From assembly GCA_047495785.1 (NCBI GenBank), contig JBLDXI010000004.1, positions 2,728,001 through 2,792,000 on the forward strand: a stretch of DNA of 64,000 nucleotides, read 5' to 3'. The stretch is from Lepidodermella squamata (lineage: Eukaryota; Animalia; Gastrotricha). This document shows positions 20,602 to 33,775 of the stretch, piece by piece; the stretch's first letter is position 1, and each line of letters opens with the position of its first letter. The notes under the pieces were generated by a model. It worked only from the letters and a program-made list of their open reading frames with translations. It did not search any database and was not told the DNA's origin. A program made the position numbers and the translations under genes.

Positions 20602-21436
20602 GTGGCAAGGCATTGAAGCTGCTAGCATTTGAACTACCTGCCGCCTATTTACATGTTGATGATACGTGATGAGCTTTTGCAACGAAAAAACAGGAGAATA
20701 AACGAGACAGGTTCGCAAAACCATTCAATTCCTTGTTAAGCTTTTCAAAAAGCAATATTTGATTTTTGATTGACATTCAAACTCAATTCGCTCGAAAAAT
20801 GTAGATATAAATCTGTTATGGCTATTCATCTCGTAGATTTTAAGTTGATAATTATCTCATGGTTTTTAGCTACGCTAAGAGAGTCAACCTCGATCTAGGA
20901 CGAATCGGCTATCAGGAGGGCTATTATTTTAAGATCTCTCCCGTTGTATTACCTATTCCCGAATGCATCCGGAATACGAAGCCGGTAACCAATGTTCGAT
21001 CATAGATCATAGATTCGCTGCGGATGGGAAACTGTTTTAGCTTAATTTCCCAAATTTAGAAATTTTGTGAGGTGCAAGACATCACCTGTTTGTCGCGTGC
21101 CGCCTCGCGCCTCGTCCTTCAGTTGTAAACAGGTCCTCGTTATAACCCCCAGAAATTCCGCTTCTGGGTATTTGATCAAGCTAATTAGTTAGCTAAATAG
21201 TCTTTTTTCATTCACTACAACAGTGGCTCTCAAACTTTTTTGAGGCTGTGCAAGAAAAGTGGCACGACAAGAGTTCTATTCCAAGAGTTCTCAACGAATA
21301 CATTTGAAAACAATGCTCTAGTAAATCGCTGTTGCAGAATTGAGAATGTGTAGTGTTTTCGTTTAAGGCGATTACTTGTTTAAACTGATTTTCTATTGGT
21401 TATCAAGCTGAAGGAATGGAAAGCATTCCACAATGC

Positions 21437-21680
21437 CAGGTTGCGATCTTGGATCTTGGAACTACCCGGAATGGAAAGGCTTTTTTGCTGCATTTTTCCA
21501 AATGATCAGGTAATTTCCACTCTGCGATTTCAATAAAAAACGAGCGAAGCGAGGAAATTGTGAAGAATTTCTACTAAAATATGCTTCAAAACCTGAAGAA
21601 ACAGCTCGCTAAATTTTCATTTTCTTGTCCGGTCTGGCCGTGCTGGAAGGGTATGATTTCCCCCTGAAAGTCGCACACTG
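21437..21680 (+). mobile_element. hAT-type MITE (same family as 18812)
   Basis: CAGGTTGCGA...TCGCACACTG; TSD CACAATGC/CATAATGC. Confidence 0.8.
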
Positions 21681-22040
21681 CATAATGCATCTGTGCACCT
21701 TAGGTAGGTAAGTGGTATATTAAAAAATTATACGACCGAAGCGAGGAAAGAGGAAAGCTTTGGACATTTCCCCAAAGACGCCCAGACACCTCTTAAAATG
21801 AAAATGATACGGTAATTCTGAATTCGTAAAGCGTAAAGCATACGCAGTCAAAATACTCTGCGTGCAAGTTTTGGCACGCATGCCGATCAATTTTCTTGGA
21901 GTGCCACAATTGGCTCGCTTGCCTGGGTTTGAGAACCACGGGTGTAAAATACCAGGAAACGATTCGCCTATTGAGCTGACCAATGAGTTTTCGAGGAAAA
22001 TCTGTGGACGCTCGTTGCGAAGTGTTGGTTTGAGTTCGGC

Positions 22041-22176
22041 CAGGGTGCGAAGTACATGGGTGCTTGGGTATCGCGACACTCAGCTCCGAGACTCCAGCCA
22101 GAGGGAGGGGACCCTTTGGATTCTTCGGCTGGGTGCTAGGAAATACCTCAGGCCCTTACTCCTACTTCGCACACTG
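22041..22176 (+). mobile_element. hAT-type MITE (duplicated at 25116-25251; family members at 57935 and ~16685-16798)
   Basis: TIR CAGGGTGCGAAGTA / TACTTCGCACACTG. Confidence 0.8.
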
Positions 22177-23110
22177 AGGACGGCATGACCAGCTTGAAGA
22201 ACTTGCTCGATTCACGCCAGTTTACGGTCGGCGCCAGTTATGAAATAAAAAACTGCTCGGTGCATGTCAAATACCCAGAACTGACTATTTTGAGTTGCTA
22301 TAAGCTGATTTCTCCCACTTTAAGCGTTCATAACAATGCCATTGTCCTATATACCTTTGTAACTATCCTGCAGTTATGCTGGTTTCTCTGTTGTCGATGT
22401 GATGCCGATAGGGAACCTATTCAAAATGATTTTTATTTTTATTACTCGCGATCAAGCGGAAAAGGCTCAACGAGTTATACGTGAGCAAAACATTAAAGTG
22501 GAATGGCTCGAAACCAAGCACGACCGCCTGATGCGCGTGGCAGGAGAATATTTTATCGCGGATCAGGACGACCCTAGTCAGGTGAGATTGGTCATAGCGC
22601 AGCCACTGTTTACGGTAGCCGAGAAAATCGCACAATAGAGCAAACGAATTGCTCCCCGAGAGGAAAATTATTTTGAGCCAATATTTTTTATTTACGAAAT
22701 GAAAAATATTCGCCGAAAATCCGTTCGCGTTCAATTATTCAAACTACGAGTTAAATTATGAGATTTTCTCGGCCTCGGTAAAACGTGGCTGCGCTATTGT
22801 GGCGCAACCACCGCAACTTCTAAGAAACCAACTTGCAGTTCGGTCACGGCAGGCGATAACGTAGCCGACAAAGCCGGCACTTTTGCGACTCTACCGCTTT
22901 TTCTCGCCGGAACTCGAATTTCTTGCTTTTTGGATTCCAAACTTTCATTGGCTCTTACATCAATGAATTAATGAAAAAAGTCGGAACAGCTGACTGTTCT
23001 GGTTTTAAAAAGTATTTTTTGAAAAAACCATCCCGCATGACAGCATTTACTTCCATTATTATCAATCATCTACTTCTCATTCTCACCGATGCATTAAATC
23101 CTTAGTCTCA

Positions 23111-24513
23111 TCAAGAAAATGCCTCGCACAAGGCATAGGTACCGGAAATGGAACAATCAGTCAGTGCGTAGTAAACATCTGCAGCTGAGAATTCGTCCGT
23201 TTGATCGGGTCCTGTCAAAATCGCGCAGCCGTCGCCATCAGGCGTCTCCCACTGAGCTTGAACGTACGTGAAATCAGAGCCATCGTCCCATTTGAACACG
23301 TTGCTCTGCCGGGTCAGGCCGACCCAAACTAAGGAAACAAATTCAGTCTCGCTGAGCTTCTTTCTTGCAGCATCTAGCTCAGAATCCGACCTCATTGTCG
23401 CCAGTGTGCCATTGGCCGCGATGCATTTGGCAGGAGCGTAGCTTCGGTCTTCGGCGACAAACGCAAAAAAGTACCTCTTGGTCGCATTTTGACAGCTGGT
23501 CTGGTCGAAATATTCGAGATTAGCTGGAATGCGAAGTTCAGTAGCCGCATTGCAACCAGCTGTTTTCGCTACGCATCGAACTGCCGCATCACTTTTGCCG
23601 ACGCAGCGGAAATAGCCGGACTGTGTATTGTAAAATAAATATGAAAAGAAACATGATCTAAATGGAACTCACAGAAGTTGAACCACCCGTACTGCTCATA
23701 CACAATGTTAAATTCGAGTACAATGTTGGCTCAGTTACCTAGTAGAAATAAAAAATACAAAATATTCGATGATCTTCGCACGCCGAAAACGTCGACAATA
23801 ACAAGGCAAATTTCTAAACCTAGACAGACGAACCCAGTTTTCGGGGCAAGAGTAAGGGTCCGGAACACAGGTTTTAACGACGGTGTTAGAGGTACAACGC
23901 CGGAATTTCGATTTCTAGATTGGGGAAAATACATAGCATAAACGACCAGTCGATCAGGCGAGAAATCCTCACATCAAAAGCAGCTCGTTTCTTTTCGCAT
24001 TCGTTGAGGTTGTCCTTCAAGATTAAGGCCCGCGTCTGATCGTCGAACCAGAAGGTCTATAATACGTAATTCTATTACAGAACAATTCTTGCTTGGGTAA
24101 ATTCTAATTTACATTCATGTCCCCCGGGTTATTACAGCCGATGTTGCCGGGCACGCAAAACGTGGTGAGAGCTTCGTATTTGTAACACATCCGGGCATTC
24201 TGGGTATCATAGAGAGGAGAAATGAATAAAATTTAGAGGGCAAGTAAACTGACTCCGGTGTTGCAGACGCCGGTTGTTCGGAAAATTCCTCCCATCTATG
24301 AGAAAAATACATCATGTAGCCCAAGTTTAAATCAAGACAAGCCTGAAATTCTTTGAGTGGATCACAGCCATCGGCAGCTAGAACGCAGCTGGTGAATCTG
24401 TTGCTCTGCTTAGAGAAGCACCGAACCCAGTTTAACTGCTTCTTGCCTGAAGCCATGTCGCTCGACGCCAGCGTCAGCAGTAACAGCAAAGCGTAAGTAT
24501 AATAAGAAATCAT
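23111..24513 (-). CDS. Secreted Cys-module + C-type lectin protein (paralog B)
   Basis: MISYYTYALLLLLTLASS, QLNWVRCFSKQSNRFTSC (close to paralog A); exons homologous to A; terminal exon with VWVGLTRQSNVFKWDDGS...GC...DC...ALCE. Confidence 0.8.
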
Positions 24514-25080
24514 CTGAATTAATGCGAAAAGTAACGAACAAATAATTTTAATAACTTTAAAACGTGAGTATTTGCGAATGAGGTGAATGAAAAATGAATC
24601 GAATTTTGTTGAGCACGCACGCGCCTAGCTAGGCACACTTTCCTCTCTCCGCTGTAAACATGTTTTCAGGCAACCAGCACCAAATAAACATGAAGTTACA
24701 TTTGCGGCTTATTGAACAAAGACAGCTGGGCAGAGGTGGAATAAGGGCGGTTCAGGTTGGTATCCACGTTAATTTTTGAAAGAGATGGAAAATGACGGTT
24801 CTGGGCATTTTTAGTTAATTGAGCTGATCTGCTGTTCCGTTAACTTTACATCATTTAAATCTCATTTGAGCCGAATTGCTTGATTCAAAATGAAGAGGCC
24901 GCGTTGACATCTTCCTATGTAAAGGTCTGCGCACATACTCGTATGAAAAAATGTGTATGTGATTTGTAATAAGTTTTTTGCCGGGGTCGTATGTGTTGGC
25001 GAAAAAAAATCGCATACAGACCCGTTCACAAACTGATTTCTTTTCTCCCTGTATGTGATTTTTTTTCTGGCCGAAGAGGA

Positions 25081-26804
25081 GGACGCTCGTTGCGAAGTGT
25101 TGGTTTGAGTTCGGCCAGGGTGCGAAGTACATGGGTGCTTGGGTATCGCGACACTCAGCTCCGAGACTCCAGCCAGAGGGAGGGGACCCTTTGGATTCTT
25201 CGGCTGGGTGCTAGGAAATACCTCAGGCCCTTACTCCTACTTCGCACACTGAGGACGGCATGACCAGCTTGAAGAACTTGCTCGATTCACGCCAGTTTAC
25301 GGTCGGCGCCAGTTATGAAATAAAAAACTGCTCGGTGCATGTCAAATACCCAGAACTGACTATTTTGAGTTGCTATAAGCTGATTTCTCCCACTTTAAGC
25401 GTTCATAACAATGCCATTGTCCTATATACCTTTGTAACTATCCTGCAGTTATGCTGGTTTCTCTGTTGTCGATGTGATGCCGATAGGGAACCTATTCAAA
25501 ATGATTTTTATTTTTATTACTCGCGATCAAGCGGAAAAGGCTCAACGAGTTATACGTGAGCAAAACATTAAAGTGGAATGGCTCGAAACCAAGCACGACC
25601 GCCTGATGCGCGTGGCAGGAGAATATTTTATCGCGGATCAGGACGACCCTAGTCAGGTGAGATTGGTCATAGCGCAGCCACTGTTTACGGTAGCCGAGAA
25701 AATCGCACAATAGAGCAAACGAATTGCTCCCCGAGAGGAAAATTATTTTGAGCCAATATTTTTTATTTACGAAATGAAAAATATTCGCCGAAAATCCGTT
25801 CGCGTTCAATTATTCAAACTACGAGTTAAATTATGAGATTTTCTCGGCCTCGGTAAAACGTGGCTGCGCTATTGTGGCGCAACCACCGCAACTTCTAAGA
25901 AACCAACTTGCAGTTCGGTCACGGCAGGCGATAACGTAGCCGACAAAGCCGGCACTTTTGCGACTCTACCGCTTTTTCTCGCCGGAACTCGAATTTCTTG
26001 CTTTTTGGATTCCAAACTTTCATTGGCTCTTACATCAATGAATTAATGAAAAAAGTCGGAACAGCTGACTGTTCTGGTTTTAAAAAGTATTTTTTGAAAA
26101 AACCATCCCGCATGACAGCATTTACTTCCATTATTATCAATCATCTACTTCTCATTCTCACCGATGCATTAAATCCTTAGTCTCATCAAGAAAATGCCTC
26201 GCACAAGGCATAGGTACCGGAAATGGAACAATCAGTCAGTGCGTAGTAAACATCTGCAGCTGAGAATTCGTCCGTTTGATCGGGTCCTGTCAAAATCGCG
26301 CAGCCGTCGCCATCAGGCGTCTCCCACTGAGCTTGAACGTACGTGAAATCAGAGCCATCGTCCCATTTGAACACGTTGCTCTGCCGGGTCAGGCCGACCC
26401 AAACTAAGGAAACAAATTCAGTCTCGCTGAGCTTCTTTCTTGCAGCATCTAGCTCAGAATCCGACCTCATTGTCGCCAGTGTGCCATTGGCCGCGATGCA
26501 TTTGGCAGGAGCGTAGCTTCGGTCTTCGGCGACAAACGCAAAAAAGTACCTCTTGGTCGCATTTTGACAGCTGGTCTGGTCGAAATATTCGAGATTAGCT
26601 GGAATGCGAAGTTCAGTAGCCGCATTGCAACCAGCTGTTTTCGCTACGCATCGAACTGCCGCATCACTTTTGCCGACGCAGCGGAAATAGCCGGACTGTG
26701 TATTGTAAAATAAATATGAAAAGAAACATGATCTAAATGGAACTCACAGAAGTTGAACCACCCGTACTGCTCATACACAATGTTAAATTCGAGTACAATG
26801 TTGG
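25081..26804 (+). repeat. Near-identical direct copy of 22006-23729 (offset 3075), includes orphan 3' exons of paralog B
   Basis: Identical ORF translations at +3075; a 42-bp sequence 25038-25079 recurs at 26808-26849. Confidence 0.95.
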
Positions 26805-26982
26805 GAGTTCTTTTCTCCCTGTATGTGATTTTTTTTCTGGCCGAAGAGGCCGCTGAAAAAAATGACCAACTTCGATGGGGCTCGAACCCTGTCCGCCCGT
26901 TGAACAGGCCGGTCAATAGCAACTGCACAATGTTGCCATCATATTTATCAGTCGCTAAAAAAGCCTAATTATTGATTCATTC

Positions 26983-27273
26983 TGTTTGAGGTTGTAAGTT
27001 GAAAAAAATCCGCACGCTGATTGGTCAGTTGGCTCGTATCCATGACTCCGCCTTGCTACTTGATCGTGTGATCTATATAATTTGTGGCTTTTATTATTTT
27101 CATGAAGGCCGTTTCGTAGCACGCGTTTCCAACAAATGCGTAAAACCATTCATAAAAAGATATTTTTGGCAAACATTTTATGGATCGCACGATCAAGTAG
27201 CAAGGCGGAGTCATGGATACGAGCCAACTGACCAATCAGCGTGCAGATTCTTTTCAACTTACAACCTCAAACA
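26983..27273. mobile_element. Foldback MITE with ~90-bp inverted arms
   Basis: TGTTTGAGGTTGTAAGTTGAAAA...GATCG mirrored by CGATC...TTTTCAACTTACAACCTCAAACA. Confidence 0.8.
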
Positions 27274-27602
27274 CAATGTTGCTAATATCTATAAAAGCTA
27301 TCCGCGTTTTCTGGGTCAAGTGCGGGCATGAATCATTAATCTTCGACTTGTTTGTTGACGTTTTCATCAATGAACTTTTTGCCTTAAAGCCTAATTTATA
27401 GGTCACACATTAAGCTTGACGGCTTAGCCATGTCGATATAATTATCGATGTGTGCGAAGACGTCAAGGGTTCACCTTATATAATCACCTTATATGAACAA
27501 CATTACCCCGCCGTATTTTTAATTTTTCACAGTGTAAAGATACATTAAAAAGCGTGCTGCTCTCTCCTCATCGCACCCAGCAGCCTTTCCCATTCCGCAG
27601 CT

Positions 27603-27973
27603 TCAAACTTTCTTGCCAACCAGCTTGCAAGTCAATGCACCAGTTTTACTGTCTTTAGCCAATTTGCCAGGAAGCCAGCCGGCATAATTGCAAGAATCTC
27701 CTTCTCTCGCTTTCCTCGCCGCTTCTGCCGGCTGCGACTCCTCACGGCCAGCAGACGGGGTGCAACTAAGTTTATGAGTTGTACGGTCTCTTACCCATTT
27801 GCCGGGAATAATGTTGGCAACATGGCAAGATTCTCCTTCCTTATGTGCTGATGCCATGAGATTGACAGCGGCCTATGTGGAATATAACGGAATATAGACT
27901 TTAGGGGGTATATCAATGAATTGAAAAGGCTTCTCACTAAAACGACGATCGCCAATGCAAGCTTAGCTGCCAT
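27603..27973 (-). CDS. Secreted two-peptide precursor (candidate antimicrobial/toxin), copy 1
   Basis: Exon 27973-27938 (MAAKLALAIVVL), 65-nt GT-AG intron, exon 27872-27603; two EGxSC...PGK...LxC repeats separated by GR-EESQPAEAAR. Confidence 0.85.
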
Positions 27974-30183
27974 GAGTAGTTGACAATTGAAAGAAAATGG
28001 AAGAAAATTTCACTTTATCGAGAAGAAATAAAACTTGAATAATGAACTGAGCATAGATGAGCTTCTCGATGGGCACTTTGCCTGTCATTACGTCTCTACG
28101 TCAACATCTGGCCTGATGTTTACACAAACATCGCAATATGACTAAGTGGCTAAATGGAATATTCAGTGCGCATATCAAGGTTGAACAACGGCAGCGAAAC
28201 GACTGATTCAACAAAATGAAGAATTTCTCATGCACTGACAGGGGAAATTTGGCAGCGACAGAAAACAATTGTACTGCCCGAGCAAAGGCGAGAGAATTTT
28301 CGCAGTGACAAGCTGAACGTCAAGAAAGTTGAGTTGCGTATTGGGAAGAAAAATGATGATGCAATAATTTTTAAAAGTTTATCTTTTCAACACTAATGTC
28401 ATTCAACTTTATTCGGCACCATTCTGCGGAATCACTGCTGATTTTCTACTCGATTGCTATTATACATTCCATGCGAACCGAATAATTGTCTCTTTTAAAT
28501 GCTGTATGCCATGAGGTCCAATGACATTGGTATTGAATAGCTTAACGTTTGATAATAATTGTATCATGCTATTTGAAATATTTAAACTTTGTTTGAGATG
28601 AAAGTTTTTACATGCGAATCAGGCAAAGATTCCTATCAATACTTTCGGTACTGCCCACAGGTTCATAATGCCTCCGCCATCGATTCAAATAGTGTCATGT
28701 TCGAGACGGTATTTGAAGAGGCTAAACAGCCATAATCGATGTTGATGTCAACTGAGATCAGAGAGACAAAACAGGAAATTTATTAGATTGGAAAACTCAT
28801 AGCCACCATAGAAGCAAGTTCCGTTCTACTTATGCGGGTTGCCGGTTCCGGAGCAGCAGAGTGATTCCGCTAAAATTTCCAACAAATTTACTTCCCCAGT
28901 TTGATATATTGACGTCTCAGGGCTCAAATGTTGTTGTCATGTGAAGCAAATTCCGCGAAAAATACAATTTTTCAAATGACTTGATATCCTCTCATTTATG
29001 AATGATAACATTCACGGTCACAAAACAACAGCTACGAAATAGATTTTTGTTATTTTTATGCATCTTTTAGGTTTGAAGTTTGAATGAAGTTTGAAGTTTG
29101 AAGGTATATACTCAGCAGATCACCTTTCAAATGAAATAATTCTTTTTGAACGCGAATCAACTCCTTATTCTCAGCTTTCCACAGCCATTTCCCCATGCTG
29201 TGACCTTGGAGCGAGTCACTGGAATTCAAGGATGCGCTCCTCTGCCGTATAACAATGCTGTTTTTTCCGCCGTGAGAAACTGCGAAACTTGAAAAATGTG
29301 TAGAATAAAAATGATATTTCGCGTTCTTGCGGGGTTTTCGACTTTATTGAACCAGGTGTTGGCCGCTAGAAGGCGAAACGGGTGAGCATAAAGCATTACC
29401 CAGGGCATTGAATAAACTCATCGATCCGTTGACTTTGCGCTCGTAAACTTAGAGCTGAGTATTATAAAGGAGAAATTACTACTCATCACTCGACCATGCT
29501 GTTTTTGTTTTAGCAAGTGCTTACGGATCATTGATGTCAATACGAAAAAGGAAAATTGACCTTAATCTAGAGACTGACTTGCGACAATATGCCGATATCT
29601 AAGACTGAAATTGCTGTCAATTCCTCCTTTATGGAAAGCAAGATTTTTGTAGCTTGCCGAGGTCAGAGATACAACCAAGTGACCAAGAAAATAGTGAACG
29701 AAGTAGCCGATTACAACATTTTAAACCTTTATATATATATATCAATTTTATGCAAATGTGTCGGGAAGAAACATGACAGGGGAAAAATTGCCAGCAGAAG
29801 GTTCGAGGAAAAAATATTGTCATTAAGTCGAAACCACACTATTGTGATCATATTGCTCTCGGTTAAAAATGAATGCCATCATCACCCCTTAACTGAATCT
29901 CACCTTGCTGCATTACTTGATACAAGTTCACTTTCAAACGATAATGAAGGGTAAACTATGTTCAAAATGCAACGAGAGTTGCTTCACAAGTTGTTCGCTA
30001 TTGAGATCGCCTGCAACTCTAGCAAAAGGTCCAGAGTAAAGACTGCGACCAAGTGGTTGATGCAGAGAGCGCCAGAGAGTACCGCTAGGGATGGTAGGGA
30101 TCATCCAGTTCAATTGTCTGCAGGGTGAACTTGGTCAAAGATTAAAGGGAGACTATTGGGTCGATTTTCCTTATCCTAACTAG

Positions 30184-30365
30184 TACCGTATTTGCTCTTA
30201 CATAAGACTGACACTAATAAAAGGCGGGATCCCTATATTCGTGTGCATCTTAATATTCATGTAGTACTTCCTATAGAGCCTTATATTCGGATTTTGGTTC
30301 AAGAGGGTCATTTTTTCGAAATGTACACGAACATAAGACTGCCTTAAGTACGGGCAAATACGGTA
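30184..30365. mobile_element. Tc1/mariner (pogo/Tigger-like) MITE
   Basis: TA-CCGTATTTGC...GCAAATACGG-TA; similar elements at 37379-37498 and 58232-58422. Confidence 0.8.
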
Positions 30366-31207
30366 TTGCTGCCCTACTTCGCTCGCCGGGTTGGTGTTTC
30401 AGACCATGAAGATCAAATTGTGAATTGTGGATTCACCTCTGATGGAGTGAAAAATCTCGTTCTTATTTGTTACATTTGTTCTGCATTCAAGATTCAAGAG
30501 ATGATCACGAGCTTTCTCACAAGCGACCCGCCAATTTTCAGTCAAAGCTATATAACAACAGAGTTTCTAGGGTTACAAAACGTATCGGGGACGGACGGGG
30601 GAAGGTATAAGGGGTAGGCCACAGGGGGATCCTTTGGTCATATGAATCCTGGGCTGAATATACCCTCATTTACCTTCCACCTCGAGAATGGCTACTGTTA
30701 CACTTATTCACCGCCTCAAGACATTGTGTAAAGCAAATTCTGTAATCATGTGAAGCGAATATTTTGCTAATTCTGGGCCGCTAATCTTTTTCGCCACTTA
30801 CCTGGACGAAATGGATTCATCATCATTATCATACTTTTTCTTCACAGCTCAACTATCTAGACTTTCTTCGCATCACTGCGAAAATTCTCTCGCCTTTGCT
30901 CGGGCAGTACAAGTGTTTTTTGTCGCTGCCAAATTTCCCCTCTCGGTGCATGAGAAATTCTTCATTTTGTTGAATCAGTCTTTTCGGTGCCGTTGTTCAA
31001 CCTTGATAAGCGCACTGAATATTCCATTTAACCACTTAGTCATGATGCGCTGTTTGTGTAAACATCAGGCCTGATGTCGACGTAGAGACGGAATGACAGG
31101 CAAAGTGCTCATCGAGAAGCTCATCTATGCTCAGTTCATTATTCAAGTTTTATTTCTTCTCGATAAAGTGAAATTTTCTTCCATTTTCTTCTTATTGTCA
31201 ACTAGTC

Positions 31208-31568
31208 ATGGCAGCTAAGCTTGCATTGGCGATCGTCGTTTTGGTGAGAAGCCTTTTCAATCTATCCATATACCGTTTATAGTCTAACGTTATATTCCAC
31301 ATAGGCCGCTGTCAATCTCATGGCATCAGCACATAAGGAAGGAGAATCTTGCCATGTTGCCGGCATTATTCCCGGCAAATGGGTAAGAGACCGTACAACT
31401 CATAAACTTAGTTGCACCCCGTCTGTTGGCCGTGAGGAGTCGCAGCCGGCAGAAGCGGCGCGAATAGCAATAGAAGGACAATCTTGCTTAGTTGCAAACT
31501 ATCTCAATGGCAAATATGTTAGAGACAGCAAAGGTACGCTGTATTGCAAGCTGGTCGCCAAGCATTGA
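31208..31568 (+). CDS. Secreted two-peptide precursor (candidate antimicrobial/toxin), copy 2
   Basis: Exon 31208-31243, intron, exon 31305-31568; inverted paralog of 27603-27973. Confidence 0.85.
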
Positions 31569-32458
31569 TAGATAATACGGAAAGTGTTTTGTTGACTCGC
31601 ATGCAGAATTGGAAAGGCTGCTGGGTGCGATGAGAAGAGAGCAGCACGCTTGTTAATGTAAAATGTACTCTGTCAACTAGTCGTGATGCGAGGTTAAAAT
31701 AAAAATGAAGGATACGGTGGGGGAGTTTTTTGATCTGATGTTTTTGACAATACTCATACTCATACTCATGCTTATTTTATTGCAAATTGTTTTGCAACAG
31801 TTACCACATGGTCAACAGTTTAGCAGAAAGTTGTTTCTCGGCGCCTCACCATAGAAGTCACGTGGTTTTCCAATCAAGACGAATTTATTTTACAATCCGC
31901 GCAATGCATTTGGAAAAAATACACCTGGCATTCCTGGCTTGCAAGTTCTCTGAACGCTTTAAGAAAAGACTTGAATGCTGAATTATGAGATTAATCAGTT
32001 TCATAATCAGTTGGAAAACAACGGATTAGCTTATGGATACTCCAAAAGATGAAACATCTTTTTTTTATTTTTCATAATATTATGGTCTCGCACATCTGAA
32101 GCTAACCTAAACGGAATAATTAGAGCTAAATAGAAGGCTTAATTGCCTGCGAAAACTTCCGGTGATTACATGGGAAGATGTCAACGCGGCCTCCTCATTT
32201 TGATACATGTGGTCGTGGGAATTTTCGCGAGATGACGCCTAATACCATCGTTTTGGTTTTGTAGGAGGCAATGAGTTTGTTACCCAGGCACTGCAAGAGT
32301 TGTATTATTACTGCAACTTTATAAATTTGCTCATAGTTTACAGTTATTATGGTTATTTTGATCTGCAACTGATTCTCAACGATATTTTCACGATCTCATA
32401 AGGAAATGTAATGCTATTATTTTCATCAACGCCAAAACATTCGTTTTACATTCCAGTC

Positions 32459-33045
32459 TCATGGAGCAAATGTCTCGCATAAGGCATTGGAGACGTAACC
32501 AGTACAATCGACCAGGGCGTAGTAAAAATCAACAGTTGGGAATAATTCGTCCTTTGTATCGTGTATCATCAAATAACCGCAGCCATCGCCAACAGGCGGG
32601 TCCCACTGACTAGCAACGTATGTGAAATCAGATCCATCGTACCATTTGAACACGTTGTTTTGACGGGTGAGGCCGACCCACGTATCTGAAAAAAATCGCC
32701 GGTAGCTCCAGGAACCCAGACAGCGCTCTTTTAGCATCAGCTAGCTCAGCGGCCGACCTTATCGCGGCGAACGTACCATTGCCATCGGCGCATTTTGAAG
32801 GTGCGGTGGTTCGGTCATCGTCGCTCATGTCCACGTAAAAGTACCTCTTGGTCGCATTCTGGCAGCTGGCCTGGTCAGCATATTCGACAGCATATTTAGT
32901 ATATAAAATTGTTCACATTAAAATGTACGTTGATACCGTTGATCTAGGTTGAAATCAGTTGATTGTTATTGTAACAAAATTTGGCTCACCAGCGCCGTTC
33001 AAGCACGTAGATAAATTTGAGTACAGCGTCGATCCAGCGGCCTAA
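32459..33045 (-). pseudogene. 5'-truncated, frameshifted C-type lectin paralog (B-like)
   Basis: Exon AAGSTLYSNLSTCLNGA (~33042-32990), then CTLD split between ORFs 32628..32834 and 32459..32737 (TWVGLTRQNNVFKWYDGS). Confidence 0.7.
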
Positions 33046-33095
33046 TTAAAAAAATAGGGTCGTTATATTCCTGCTTAAATAAGTACGCGTTTTTT

Positions 33096-33528
33096 GATAT
33101 TCACACTTAAATAAGTACGCGTTATTTGATATTCGTACTTAAGCGGCTTTCCGCTTACGTAATATTCGAAATTTTTCGACCATAATATTCAGCTTTTAAA
33201 ACTGAGTAAGAATCATATCTCACCCAGGAAGCTGAGATAACTTGGACTTGTCAAATTTGCATCCAAAAACAGGAAATTAGGGTTGGAAAGCTCAGGATAC
33301 CTAAAAGGTCCTGAACCTTAGATCCAACTTGATGAAAATAGGAAGAAACTCCAGATTTTGCCATCAAATTTGACAAGTCCAAGTTATCTCAGCATCCTGG
33401 GTGAGATATGATTCCTACTCAGTTTTAAAAGCTGAATATTATGGTCGAAAAATTTCGAATATTACGTAAGCGGAAAGCCGCTTAAGTACGAATATCAAAT
33501 AACGCGTACTTATTTAAGTACGAATATC
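33096..33528. mobile_element. Long foldback element (~165-bp near-perfect inverted arms)
   Basis: 33096-33259 is the reverse complement of 33366-33528 with few mismatches. Confidence 0.9.
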
Positions 33529-33775
33529 CACTCGGAAAAAAAAATTGGTGTTGAGTGTTTAATCCGATGACAGTAACGCGTCACAGCGCAATATTAAATA
33601 GGCAGTTACAATTTATTAGCCAAACCATATATTCTATTTTAAATTAACCAGCTGAATAACTAGCGCATAAGCGCAGTACATAATTATATTTGATGTCACG
33701 ATGATAGAAAAAAAAGTAATATTTAGCTCAAGGATTAAATCAAAGCCTGGAAGAATCAGCTTCGCGTTGTCAAGA

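Noticed and set aside
22185-22638. Plus-strand gene (MTSLKNLL.../DQAEKAQRVIREQ...)
   Set aside because: Exon-like fragment but no recognisable domain, start or complete structure; its second copy is only due to the duplication
26870-26940. tRNA gene on the minus strand
   Set aside because: Only a B-box-like GGTTCGAGCCC is evident; no convincing cloverleaf
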